Assembly: GCA_038046645.1 (NCBI GenBank)
Contig: JBBSVU010000006.1
Span: forward strand, 23,404 to 87,403
Reading direction: 5' to 3'
Source of the DNA: an archaeon
GTDB taxonomy: Archaea > Iainarchaeota > Iainarchaeia > Iainarchaeales > 0-14-0-20-34-12
Length of the DNA: 64,000 nt
Position 1 is the first letter of the stretch; every line of letters begins with the position of its first letter. The position numbers and the translations under genes were made by a program. Positions 19,513 to 28,760 of this stretch are shown here, piece by piece. The notes beneath the pieces were generated by a model that searched no databases, had not been told where the DNA came from, and saw only the letters and a program-made list of their open reading frames with translations.

Positions 19513-19685
19513 ATTCTCGCCCCCCATCATAGATGGCAAACAAACTCTGAGATTAAAGTATTAAATAGCTTTGCTTTTTCAAGCTGCAGATTCCCTGCAA
19601 TTGTCGATTATCAACTGCAGGGTTGTTTTTATGCAGTAAAAAGCGTTCAATTATTTGATAAATATTATGTTTTACAAAAGTAACT

Positions 19686-21032
19686 ATGCTTGGCGAAAAA
19701 CTAAGACAGGCCTTGGACATACTTCAACATTCTGCTTTAGACCGAGATACAATTAAAGCAGTAACAAAAGAAATGCAAAGAGCCTTAATCTCAAGTGACG
19801 TTCCCCTTGATTTAGTTTTAGACTTAAGCAAAAAGATTGAAGAATTCTCAAATGAAAAGCCGCAAGCAAATATTACTATTAGGGAACATTTGATAAGAAA
19901 AATTTATGATAGTTTGGCAGAATTGCTTGGCGGAGATTTTGAATTACCACAAACAAAAAAAATTCTCCTTGTTGGACTTTTTGGGACTGGTAAAACGACA
20001 ACCACCGCTAGATTGGCAAAGTGGTATGCAAAAAGAGGCAAGTCTGTTTTAGTTGTTTGTGCAGATACTTTTAGGCCAGCAAGTTATGAACAATTGCAGC
20101 AGCTTTCCGAGAAAGCACAAGTAGCGTTTTATGGTGAAAAAAATGAAAAATTGCCTTATAAAATTGTCCAAAATGCTTTGCAGAAATTCAAGGATAAAGA
20201 CATTATAATTGTTGATTCAGCAGGAAGAAGTGCTCTTGATAGGGAAATGGTTGATGAGGTAAAAGACATCCACATGGTATTTGCTGCAGATCAGAACTGG
20301 CTTGTTCTTTCAGCAGATATCGGGCAGGTTGCGAACAAACAAGCAAAAGCATTCCATGATGCTATCGGAGTTAACGGAATTATAATTACCAAGATGGATG
20401 GTTCAGCAAAAGGAGGAGGTGCATTAGCAGCATGTCACCAGACAAAAGCGCCTGTTTATTTCATTGGAGTAGGGGAAAAGCTTGAGGATTTGGAACAGTT
20501 TAATGCTACGCGTTATTTGAGCAGGATACTTGGATATGGCGATTTGCAATCCTTAATTGAAAAAACAGCAGAGCTTTCATCTGATGAAGAATTGTCGCCA
20601 GAGGATTTGTTAAAAGGCGATTTTACATTAAAAACATTTTACAAACAATTAGAAATGGCCCGTAAGATTGGGCCTTTTGCCAAAGTAGCGGAAATGCTTG
20701 GCATGAAACAGCATCTACAGGCCGAACAGCTAAAAGTAGGGGAAGAGAAACTTAAATCCTATAAAGTAATCATGGACAGCATGACTCCGCAAGAGTTAAA
20801 TGACCCTGATATTTTAAGCAAGCAAAGAATCCACAGGATTGCAAAAGGTTCAGGAAAATCAGAATCAGATGTCCGTGACCTTATCAAGCAGTACAACCAA
20901 ATGGCAAAGATGTTCAAGCAGTTCAGCAAGCTGAATGAAAAGGATTTGCAAAATATGGATCAATCAAAGATGCAGCGCATGATGAAAAAAATGCAGCTTG
21001 GCGGAAAGAAAAAGAGATTGCTCATACGGTAA
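19686..21032 (+). CDS. srp54: Signal recognition particle protein SRP54
   Basis: GTGKTTT, DTFRPA, DSAGR, TKMDGSAKGGGAL, Met-rich M domain. Confidence 0.96.
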   Translation: MLGEKLRQALDILQHSALDRDTIKAVTKEMQRALISSDVPLDLVLDLSKKIEEFSNEKPQANITIREHLIRKIYDSLAELLGGDFELPQTKKILLVGLFGTGKTTTTARLAKWYAKRGKSVLVVCADTFRPASYEQLQQLSEKAQVAFYGEKNEKLPYKIVQNALQKFKDKDIIIVDSAGRSALDREMVDEVKDIHMVFAADQNWLVLSADIGQVANKQAKAFHDAIGVNGIIITKMDGSAKGGGALAACHQTKAPVYFIGVGEKLEDLEQFNATRYLSRILGYGDLQSLIEKTAELSSDEELSPEDLLKGDFTLKTFYKQLEMARKIGPFAKVAEMLGMKQHLQAEQLKVGEEKLKSYKVIMDSMTPQELNDPDILSKQRIHRIAKGSGKSESDVRDLIKQYNQMAKMFKQFSKLNEKDLQNMDQSKMQRMMKKMQLGGKKKRLLIR

Positions 21033-21062
21033 AAAAATAAATCTAAGTATTGTTGATGGCTT

Positions 21063-21866
21063 ATGTTATTTTTGGAAATCAGATTGGCAATATTATTTTT
21101 AGTCTGCGTTCTGGCAACAATTACTGACCTAAAAAAAGGCTTAATCTATGATAAAATTACCCTGCCCGCCGTAGGTTTAGGGATCATCCTTAATATCCTT
21201 GATTTTAACATTTATAATTTTGCAATCCCCTTTTTTGTTTTCATCTTCTTTTTGATTTTATATTACTTAGGCAAGCTTGGGGGCGGGGATGTTAAATTAT
21301 TCCTAGCAGTTTCTTTATTGCTCCCATTTTACAACGACCAAATCTTTATCATTCCGGCATTATTTTTTTCTGCGTTGTTTTCAGTTATTTTCCTTTCGGT
21401 TTTTTACACAGTGAAATATATAAAATCAGGGATTGATTTGCAGAAAAACAAAAAGGGCATTCTGCAAGCATCAGTGCTTGCAATGTTGATTTTAGTTTAC
21501 GGCTTTTTTATGTTATCTACAGCCACACTTTCACTGAATTCTGTTTTGTTCATTACAATTCCATTGCTTTTTGCCATGCCTTTTTTGGCTTTCCAGAGCG
21601 GAATAAAGGAAAAATTCTTTTTGAAATATGTTTCTCTTTCTGATCTTGAGGAAGATGAGGTAATTGCAAAGGAATTCTTTGAAAATAAGGAGATGTTCCA
21701 GGCAAAAGGGATAATTACTGAAGAGGATAAAATAAAATTAAAACAACTAGATATAGACAAAGTCCCTGTTTACCGGGAATTGCCGCCATTTGCCCCCTTC
21801 TTTCTAGTTGGAACAATTTTGGCATTATTATTCCCAAATTTTTTAAGCCTGCTTTTTATTTCCTGA
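21063..21866 (+). CDS. A24 family prepilin/preflagellin peptidase
   Basis: TDLK..LI, GGGDVKL, PPFAPF. Confidence 0.88.
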   Translation: MLFLEIRLAILFLVCVLATITDLKKGLIYDKITLPAVGLGIILNILDFNIYNFAIPFFVFIFFLILYYLGKLGGGDVKLFLAVSLLLPFYNDQIFIIPALFFSALFSVIFLSVFYTVKYIKSGIDLQKNKKGILQASVLAMLILVYGFFMLSTATLSLNSVLFITIPLLFAMPFLAFQSGIKEKFFLKYVSLSDLEEDEVIAKEFFENKEMFQAKGIITEEDKIKLKQLDIDKVPVYRELPPFAPFFLVGTILALLFPNFLSLLFIS

Positions 21867-21948
21867 AACGTTAATTATAAATTCTGCAGATGTGCTATAC
21901 ATATACCACACAGTAAATTTGGATTTATATTCTTTGGAGGGATTTTTT

Positions 21949-22461
21949 ATGGCAAAGAGTCATGGCATTAACAGAGGTTTATGGGTTACCTTGGGAGTTG
22001 TTGCTGCTGTTGCCGGCGGGTTTGCTGGTTCGCAGGTTAATACAATGGGCCAAGCATATGATTTGGCAAGAAGGGAATTTTCTGAAGCAGAAGTTAGGAA
22101 ATATACTAAAGAGATTGATAGGTTAACTTGGGCTGTTGCTGGTGAAAAAATAAATTTGGGCATAGATACAGTTGTAGGAAAAGATACTGCCTGGAGAGAA
22201 AAAAAGATAGATTCAATGGCCAAGCGTGTTGAAGGAATGAAATTTGATAAATACCGTATTGGAACCGGAAGGCTTTCTTTTTTGGAGCATTTTAAAGTAA
22301 TAAAAGGCGCACCAAAATTCTTTAAACCAACTCTCCCAAAAACGGCTAAACGAATGAAGCAGGCTGGAATGGGTGCAGGTGCAGGGGCTGGATTTATTGC
22401 TTTAGGTGCTGCAGCAGCTGCAATCAGGAGAAGAAGAAGCCATCACCACGCAAGAAGATAA
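21949..22461 (+). CDS. Hypothetical protein with Gly/Ala-rich hydrophobic segments at both ends
   Basis: GGAGG RBS; GVVAAVAGGFAG and GMGAGAGAGFIALGAAAAA followed by RRRR. Confidence 0.7.
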   Translation: MAKSHGINRGLWVTLGVVAAVAGGFAGSQVNTMGQAYDLARREFSEAEVRKYTKEIDRLTWAVAGEKINLGIDTVVGKDTAWREKKIDSMAKRVEGMKFDKYRIGTGRLSFLEHFKVIKGAPKFFKPTLPKTAKRMKQAGMGAGAGAGFIALGAAAAAIRRRRSHHHARR

Positions 22462-22470
22462 TTATAATTA

Positions 22471-22560
22471 TAGCAAACGACATTAATTTTTGAACAAATA
22501 TTATCGTTTACTAGATAGCAAATGACATTGAGTTGGTCAATTATTTTTGTCATTTGCTAT
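22471..22560. repeat. Direct plus inverted repeat cluster between convergent genes
   Basis: TAGCAAACGACA at 22471; ATAGCAAATGACA 22515-22527 inverted with TGTCATTTGCTAT 22548-22560. Confidence 0.7.
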
Positions 22561-22662
22561 ATCTTCTTATCCCCCTGAGTTTATTCCTTGCGCAGAAAAA
22601 TCCTCCTGCCTTAAACCTATGCAAGGCATGAAAAAATAAGAGAAATTCAGATTAAAAAGAAA

Positions 22663-23463
22663 TTATTTTATTGGTTTAAGCAGATTATAATCTACAGGAA
22701 TCTTCTTGATTAAGCTATAATTTATTGGGATCTTTTTGAATTTTCCAACACTTGAATATAATACAAACAGCCCAAATTTATCCCCTGCCTCTAATGTCCT
22801 TAAATCATAGCTTCCTTTAGTACTTTGTGCCATCCCAAACATAGTATTGCTTTCACAACCTTGGGCCCAAACATCCGCCAACCCTATGGCATGGCCTAAT
22901 TCATGTGTTAATATCCCTTGAAAATCTATTTTGTTCTGGTTCTGCAAGTAATCGCCCCAGTCAAAATCCTTTGCATTGAATTCTATGTTTGCGCCAATTA
23001 TCTTGTCTCCATAATAGTAATATTTTGCTTGTGCTGGTATGTATTTTCCCAATTTTGAATCCTTATTGAAATAAATGAAAGTATTGTCACCAGAGGTTTC
23101 TATGCTTGAATTAGGGTCAATTCCTACGATCCCAAATATGTTCGTGTTATACATTTCCCAAGCATTTATTGTATTTTTTGTTGCATTTTCTACTGCCAAA
23201 CTGCTTAATCCGGAATAATTTGTCGGGTTTACCAAAATATTCAGCGGTTCTTTTACCTTTGGCCCAATGAATCCATAGCATTTCTGTTCTGGCTCAGGTG
23301 ATGATGATGCCAATGGCAGAAAATTCGGATTTTGAGGAATAGTTTTTTCTGTGAGATTGTTCTTTTTTGCATACTCCTGGCTGATTGCATATGAAAATCC
23401 AGCCAGTAAAACTATCAGAATTATTATGCTAAATAATCGCATTACATTTACCTTATTGCTCAT
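22663..23463 (-). CDS. Secreted matrixin-like (metzincin) metalloprotease
   Basis: Signal peptide; THELGHAIGLAD and Met-turn NTMFG. Confidence 0.82.
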   Translation of the reverse strand: MSNKVNVMRLFSIIILIVLLAGFSYAISQEYAKKNNLTEKTIPQNPNFLPLASSSPEPEQKCYGFIGPKVKEPLNILVNPTNYSGLSSLAVENATKNTINAWEMYNTNIFGIVGIDPNSSIETSGDNTFIYFNKDSKLGKYIPAQAKYYYYGDKIIGANIEFNAKDFDWGDYLQNQNKIDFQGILTHELGHAIGLADVWAQGCESNTMFGMAQSTKGSYDLRTLEAGDKFGLFVLYSSVGKFKKIPINYSLIKKIPVDYNLLKPIK

Positions 23464-23531
23464 AATAATCTTCTGAAAAGAACTGTTTAAAAAGGCGGAA
23501 TTTATTGGGTTTTCCCTTATTTCTGCTATGC

Positions 23532-23834
23532 TTAATTAACTGCTTTTCTTAAGGCTTTCTTAAAACCGCACTCCTTGCAAACAACCCTTTCAAAGCCTTT
23601 TTCAATAACAATCTCGGCATTTTTCCCTTTCTTCAAGAATGCACCGCATTTCTTGCAGAATTTTTCCTTGAATTCCTTTGGAATCTTTACCCTATTCCGT
23701 GTTCCGATCTTCCTTACCAATTCAACATATCTCTTGCTTCTTTCAGGGTGCTTTTCAAACTCTGTTTCAGCTAACTCAAATAATCGGTAAATCCTTTCCA
23801 AAGAAATCTTTTCCACAAAACCCTTATTTGCCAT
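23532..23834 (-). CDS. rnp4: RNase P protein subunit Rpp21/Rpr2
   Basis: ERIYRLF, RYV.L, FCKKC...CKECG. Confidence 0.9.
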   Translation of the reverse strand: MANKGFVEKISLERIYRLFELAETEFEKHPERSKRYVELVRKIGTRNRVKIPKEFKEKFCKKCGAFLKKGKNAEIVIEKGFERVVCKECGFKKALRKAVN

Positions 23835-24033
23835 AAAAATCATTTTCTTTTTGTTATCCTTAGAAACATTCATGCAGGCATACTGAAACTGGATTAACTG
23901 TTATTTTAAACTGAATTATTAATTCATGCGATAGAAAGGGTTAAAAAGATATTACTCTATTATTAACAATATTAAAATTATAGTGTATACTAAAATTCAT
24001 AAGTATATTATTTTGGTAATGAGGCAAAAACAT

Positions 24034-25311
24034 ATGCTGGAAAATAAAAATGGGAAATTTTTCCCAAGAAAACTGTTTTCGCCTTTGTTGTCGCTGGCAA
24101 GGGATAAAAAAGTTTCTTTGATTTTAGGCGCAAGACAGACAGGAAAAACCACCCTTCTAAAGCAGCTTTACTTAGAATTTTCTAAGGCTAACAAATGCCT
24201 TTTTTTAGATTTGGATGTTTTGTCAAATTATGAAAAAGTCAGCACCTTTGAAAAGTTGTTGAACACCATTAAAGTTAATGAGTATGCTGAAGATCAGAAG
24301 GATTTCTTTTTTCTGTTTCTTGATGAATTCCAAAAATATCCTTCAATGACAAAGATTATGAAAAATGTTTATGATAACTTAGACAATGTTAAGATCTATG
24401 CGTCAGGTTCTTCTTCTGTGACTATAAAAGATCAGGTGCAGGAATCATTAGCTGGGAGAAAGAGGATTATCGAGCTTTTTCCGCTTGATTTTGAAGAATT
24501 TTTATGGTTCAAGCAAAGGCATAAGCTTGCTAAAAACCTTTTAAATATAAGCAAATTGAAGGGGAGGGATTTGCATTCTTCACTGAAGGAGTATTATGCC
24601 TTGTTGGAGGAATTTCTCATTTTTGGCGGTTACCCTGAGGTTGCCTTGAAAAGCACTAAGGAAGAAAAAATCGAGGTGCTCTCAAGCATTTTTGATCTTT
24701 ATGTTAAAAAAGACCTGGTTGAGTACTTAAATATGGAAAAAATTCTTGAAACAAAGAAGTTGATTGAATTTTTAGCAGTGAATAACGGGCAAAAAATAAA
24801 ATATGAGGCTCTATCTGCAATTACTTCTTTAACGTTTAATGAAATAAAAAGGCAGATTGAAATATTAAGCGAAACTTATGTTATTGAAGTTTTGAGACCA
24901 TTTTACACCAATAAGAATAAAGAGATAGTAAAGATCCCCAAGATTTATTTTGTAGACCCTGGCGTAAGAAATTTTTTCATAAATAATTTCAATGGATTAG
25001 CATTAAGGAATGACTATGGTTTCCTGTTTGAAGGGTTTGTGATATCCGAACTTTTGAAGAAGGGAACAAGAAACCTGAAATTCTGGCAAGATAAGAACGG
25101 AAATGAAGTTGATATCATTATTGAAGGTACTGGTTTAATTCCAATTGAAGTAAAATTCAAGCAAAACCTAAAGTCAGAAGATTTTAGGGGCATTGAAGCG
25201 TTCTTGAAGGAATACACTAAAGTGAAAAAGAGTTATTTAATCAACCTGAATTTCCAAAAAACCCAAAGAAAAATCAAATTCATTTTGCCATACTGCCTAA
25301 ATCTGCGGTGA
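24034..25311 (+). CDS. AAA+ ATPase with DUF4143 domain
   Basis: GARQTGKTT, FLDEFQ, SGSS, LAGR, FGGYPE, KIYFVDPG, EVD...PIEVK. Confidence 0.9.
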   Translation: MLENKNGKFFPRKLFSPLLSLARDKKVSLILGARQTGKTTLLKQLYLEFSKANKCLFLDLDVLSNYEKVSTFEKLLNTIKVNEYAEDQKDFFFLFLDEFQKYPSMTKIMKNVYDNLDNVKIYASGSSSVTIKDQVQESLAGRKRIIELFPLDFEEFLWFKQRHKLAKNLLNISKLKGRDLHSSLKEYYALLEEFLIFGGYPEVALKSTKEEKIEVLSSIFDLYVKKDLVEYLNMEKILETKKLIEFLAVNNGQKIKYEALSAITSLTFNEIKRQIEILSETYVIEVLRPFYTNKNKEIVKIPKIYFVDPGVRNFFINNFNGLALRNDYGFLFEGFVISELLKKGTRNLKFWQDKNGNEVDIIIEGTGLIPIEVKFKQNLKSEDFRGIEAFLKEYTKVKKSYLINLNFQKTQRKIKFILPYCLNLR

Positions 25312-25334
25312 GTTTCTGGCAAAATAAATTTTTT

Positions 25335-26306
25335 CTAAGTTATCAACGAATAATTCAGTTTATGCTCCTTTGTGATTGTTAAAATCTCGCAAGAATCAAT
25401 AATATCGGAGAACTTCTCCCTTAGTTCATCCATTATTTTCCTTAGCTCTTCCCTTCCTTTTACCTCAAAATCAAAATGGACATCAGCCAACCCAATCTCC
25501 TGTATTAAATAAATTACATTTGGATGGTTCTCCCCATAACCTACAAAATCCTGCAGCCTTTTTGCAGTAATATTCCTCAATGAAAATATTGCCTTGAAAT
25601 AATAAAGCCCGATCTTCTCCAAATTTAATCTAATCCAATGGTGGATTAACCCTATCTTTTCAAGCCTTTTAATCCTATAGCTTACTGCTTCCGGGGTAAT
25701 TCCTGCCTCTTTTGCCAATTCCTGCAATGTTGCCCTTGAATTTTTTGATAATTTCAATCCAATTTCAATATCAATTTTATCCAATTCTGCTTTCTCTGCA
25801 GGCACAAAAATATTCCTTGAACTTTCTTTAGGTATTTTCTCCTCAATGAGGTATTTTCTGTTGAAATAACTCAATCTTGTCCTGAAATAAAAAGTTCTAG
25901 CTTTAATCTTTTCCCCAAATTTGTATGTAAATTGCTGCAAAAAATCAAAATAATCTGCAATTGTCTTCCATCTAGTATTTATTAATAAATCCCAATGGCC
26001 TTCAGTTGAAACAACCCAGCTAACGTTATTGCTTTCTTTAAAATAATTTATTATTTGATTTTCATCTTCTTTTGTTGCTCCCTTGAATTTGAATAAGATT
26101 GCATAGTCTGTGTAACCCAATGCCCCAATATTCCATGTTGTAATAAACTCTTCAATTATCCCTCTTTCTAACATCCTTTCAATCCTGAATTTCACTACTT
26201 GTTTGCTTAACCCTACTTTTTTTGCTATTTCTGAATATGATTTCCTTGAATTTCTATCTAATTCAAATAAAATCTTGCGGTCCTTCAAATCTAGTTCATA
26301 TGCCAT
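25335..26306 (-). CDS. Tandem Lrp/AsnC family regulator
   Basis: Two HTH-RAM units (LDLKDRKILFEL..NSR; LDKIDIEI...NSR). Confidence 0.9.
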   Translation of the reverse strand: MAYELDLKDRKILFELDRNSRKSYSEIAKKVGLSKQVVKFRIERMLERGIIEEFITTWNIGALGYTDYAILFKFKGATKEDENQIINYFKESNNVSWVVSTEGHWDLLINTRWKTIADYFDFLQQFTYKFGEKIKARTFYFRTRLSYFNRKYLIEEKIPKESSRNIFVPAEKAELDKIDIEIGLKLSKNSRATLQELAKEAGITPEAVSYRIKRLEKIGLIHHWIRLNLEKIGLYYFKAIFSLRNITAKRLQDFVGYGENHPNVIYLIQEIGLADVHFDFEVKGREELRKIMDELREKFSDIIDSCEILTITKEHKLNYSLIT

Positions 26307-26401
26307 ATATATAACTATCCTAAATAGTTATATTTAATTATTTTGTTTTGACAAAAAATTGACTACTAATGTATTTCTTTTACAAAAGCAATATGTTCTA
26401 T

Positions 26402-26758
26402 ATGGGTGAGTATTTTTTCAGGTTTTTGTCAGAGCTGCTTTCATTTAATTTTACTTGGATTATTGATGCTGCTTTGCTTAACCTGCAATGGGTTTTTGTT
26501 TTCGCTTTGTTTGCTTTTTTCCTTATTGGGGAAAAGAATTTGCTGAAAAATACTTTTTTTGTTTTCTTTTACTTGTTTGCGTTCACTTCCATAATCCTTT
26601 TTATTGGCTGGAGCTTTGGTGCATTGTACCTCTTCTGCAATTTTATACTCCAGTGCTTTATAAGAATTTTCATTCCGAACAGCAAGTATTTTTACCAAAT
26701 TCTAGCTTCCAGCATTTACTGTTTGATTGGATTTTTAAGCCTGGGCGGTTTTTTATGA
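26402..26758 (+). CDS. Hypothetical membrane protein (paralog of 12274..12642)
   Basis: FNFTWIIDAALLNLQWVFVF...GEKN...GGFL. Confidence 0.65.
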   Translation: MGEYFFRFLSELLSFNFTWIIDAALLNLQWVFVFALFAFFLIGEKNLLKNTFFVFFYLFAFTSIILFIGWSFGALYLFCNFILQCFIRIFIPNSKYFYQILASSIYCLIGFLSLGGFL

Positions 26759-26922
26759 TAAAACAATTCCTAAAAGCAGTGAACATTTCAATTTCCCTGC
26801 TCATATTATTTTTCATATTGGGCCTTTTTGGGTTTCAATTAGTCTCTCCCCAAACATTTTCCTTGTCAGGCCTGGCAGTTTTTATTACCGTGGCTTACTG
26901 TGAGGTTTTGTTTGGGATTTGA
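26755..26922 (+). CDS. Small two-TM membrane protein (paralog of 12633..12806)
   Basis: MIKQFLKAVNISISLLILFFILGLF...TVAYCEVLFGI; ATGA coupling. Confidence 0.6.
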   Translation: MIKQFLKAVNISISLLILFFILGLFGFQLVSPQTFSLSGLAVFITVAYCEVLFGI

Positions 26923-27119
26923 TTAAAAACAAAATTTATAGTAATTAAAATTTTAGTATGAGCTTGCTTTTGTTATCAGTTATTCCCATTTATAAAGGAT
27001 TTCTACAGAGCTCCTTCAAACTATTAAACTATTTTTTTATTAATACTTATTCGATACTCTATCACACCTTTAGGTGTGGGTTCCCATACGCTTTGACTAG
27101 CTATAACTGTCTTTTCAAA

Positions 27120-27659
27120 CTACCAACTTATGACTATTACTGCAGGGCCTTCAAATACTTCTGTTCCAATAGTAATTCTTATGCTGCCTGTCGTATCTTC
27201 AGGATTACTGCTTTGAGTTAACATTACTTCAATGGGCTTTGTTATCCAAGAAATGTTTCCTGTTGGGTTTGCTGTGAATTCCAAGGTTCCTTCTAATTGA
27301 TTGTATAGGCCAGTTTTAGCTGTTTTCCAATGAACTTTCTTTCCATCCTTTACTGAAGACAGATTTCCATTACCTTTGAGCCATACATTGTAATATATAT
27401 CTGTCATTGTAACAAATTTTCCACCGCCACTGATATCGATTGTTTTTCCTCCACTAGTAAGGTCTGTGGCAGAAAAACTAAACGTGCGAATGGCTGTCCA
27501 ATCAGATTTGTTGTTCAATATAGCTGTCGTGAGCAGGGTAGTAGTGTTGTTCAAGTTTATTGTTGTTATTGTCAAAACAACTAAGAGTGCAAGCGTTAGC
27601 ACAATTACTGCGGCAAGATGTACCTTTCTTTCATCCCAAAACATAACTTTTTCTTCCAT
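27120..27659 (-). CDS. Membrane-anchored beta-rich hypothetical protein
   Basis: N-terminal TM, Thr-rich; frame continues 31 codons past the TAG. Confidence 0.7.
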   Translation of the reverse strand: MEEKVMFWDERKVHLAAVIVLTLALLVVLTITTINLNNTTTLLTTAILNNKSDWTAIRTFSFSATDLTSGGKTIDISGGGKFVTMTDIYYNVWLKGNGNLSSVKDGKKVHWKTAKTGLYNQLEGTLEFTANPTGNISWITKPIEVMLTQSSNPEDTTGSIRITIGTEVFEGPAVIVISW

Positions 27660-27770
27660 ATGTTAATTATTAAAGTTTTCAAGTATTTAAAACCAATGCT
27701 TTAGTTCGTTGATAACTTTAAACCAAAACCTTCTTCTTTTAGGATTTCTAATTCTGCTTCTCATTTTGAA

Positions 27771-27928
27771 TGCAGCCGACGGGATTCGAACCCGTGTCAA
27801 GACCTATCCTCATTTTTTAAATATCCAAAATTCTTTTCTTTGGATAATACCTAGACTTTCTTTTCTTTCTAAGAAAAGAAAGGCTTGGTTTTGGAAGGGT
27901 CTGATGCTAACCACTACACAACGGCTGC
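27771..27928 (-). tRNA. tRNA-Gly(TCC) with 86-nt intron at 37/38
   Basis: GCAGCCG acceptor, AGACC-CT-TCC-A/intron 27806-27891/A-GGTCT, GGTTCGAATCC. Confidence 0.9.
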
Positions 27929-28087
27929 TTTTAGAGCATATACAACATTCCTTAATGCTATTTTTATTACTTTCCATTCTTTCGAGTACTGAGTATTATC
28001 CACGCAGGGATAAACCAATGAACAATATATTTTTATTTACTCAATACCTGTTCCATATAGTTATTGGGAGTAATAAGGGGATTATAG

Positions 28088-28717
28088 ATGAAAGGCGCTT
28101 TTATAGTATTTGAAGGATTAGATGGCTCGGGAAAAGGCACAATGCTTGCTAGGGCTGCGGATTATTTATTTAATGAATATAAGTCATTTGACCGCTTGAT
28201 GATAACAAGGGAACCAACCTATTCTGGCACAGGAAAACAGATAAGGAAAATGCTGCAGCAAAGCGATTCGCCAATGAGCGATGCAAAGAGATTATTGCAA
28301 TTATATTTAGATGATAGAAAAGACCATTTGGAATTTTTAAGGCCTTTAATAAACAAAAATTGTGTCATACTTTGCGACCGTTATAAATATTCAACTTTAG
28401 CATACCAGCAAACACAGGGAATTCCATTAGATAGCATTGTAAAATTACATGAAAAAATGTTGGTTCCTGACATTGTTTTCTTTTTGGATGTTTCTCCAGC
28501 AGTTGCATTGCAGAGGATTAAAGAAAGCAGGTCTTCAACAGAAAAATTCGAAAAGGAATTCTTCTTTGAGGAATTAAGAAGTAATTATTTAAAACTTCCA
28601 AGCCTTTTACCAAATGAAAACATAAAAATAATTGATGCAAACAGGTCAAAGGATGAAGTTTTTGAGCAGATAAAGTCTCATTTGGATATTTTCTTTAAAA
28701 GCAAAATGTCTGAGTAG
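28088..28717 (+). CDS. tmk: Thymidylate kinase
   Basis: FEGLDGSGKGT, TREP, CDRY..STLAYQ, PD. Confidence 0.95.
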   Translation: MKGAFIVFEGLDGSGKGTMLARAADYLFNEYKSFDRLMITREPTYSGTGKQIRKMLQQSDSPMSDAKRLLQLYLDDRKDHLEFLRPLINKNCVILCDRYKYSTLAYQQTQGIPLDSIVKLHEKMLVPDIVFFLDVSPAVALQRIKESRSSTEKFEKEFFFEELRSNYLKLPSLLPNENIKIIDANRSKDEVFEQIKSHLDIFFKSKMSE

Positions 28718-28760
28718 CAGCATGTTTCCTAAAAACAAATAAAGGACAAAAGGTGATTTT

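Noticed and set aside
26488..26754. 5' part of the 144-aa ORF 26488..26922
   Set aside because: Overlaps the 26402 gene out of frame; the true start is more likely 26755, matching the paralogous cassette.
27120..27122. Genome-wide TAG recoding
   Set aside because: Conserved genes such as tmk and the fumarase beta subunit end normally at TAG.
27709..28113. 134-aa ORF in the ORF track
   Set aside because: Antisense to tRNA-Gly(TCC); spurious.
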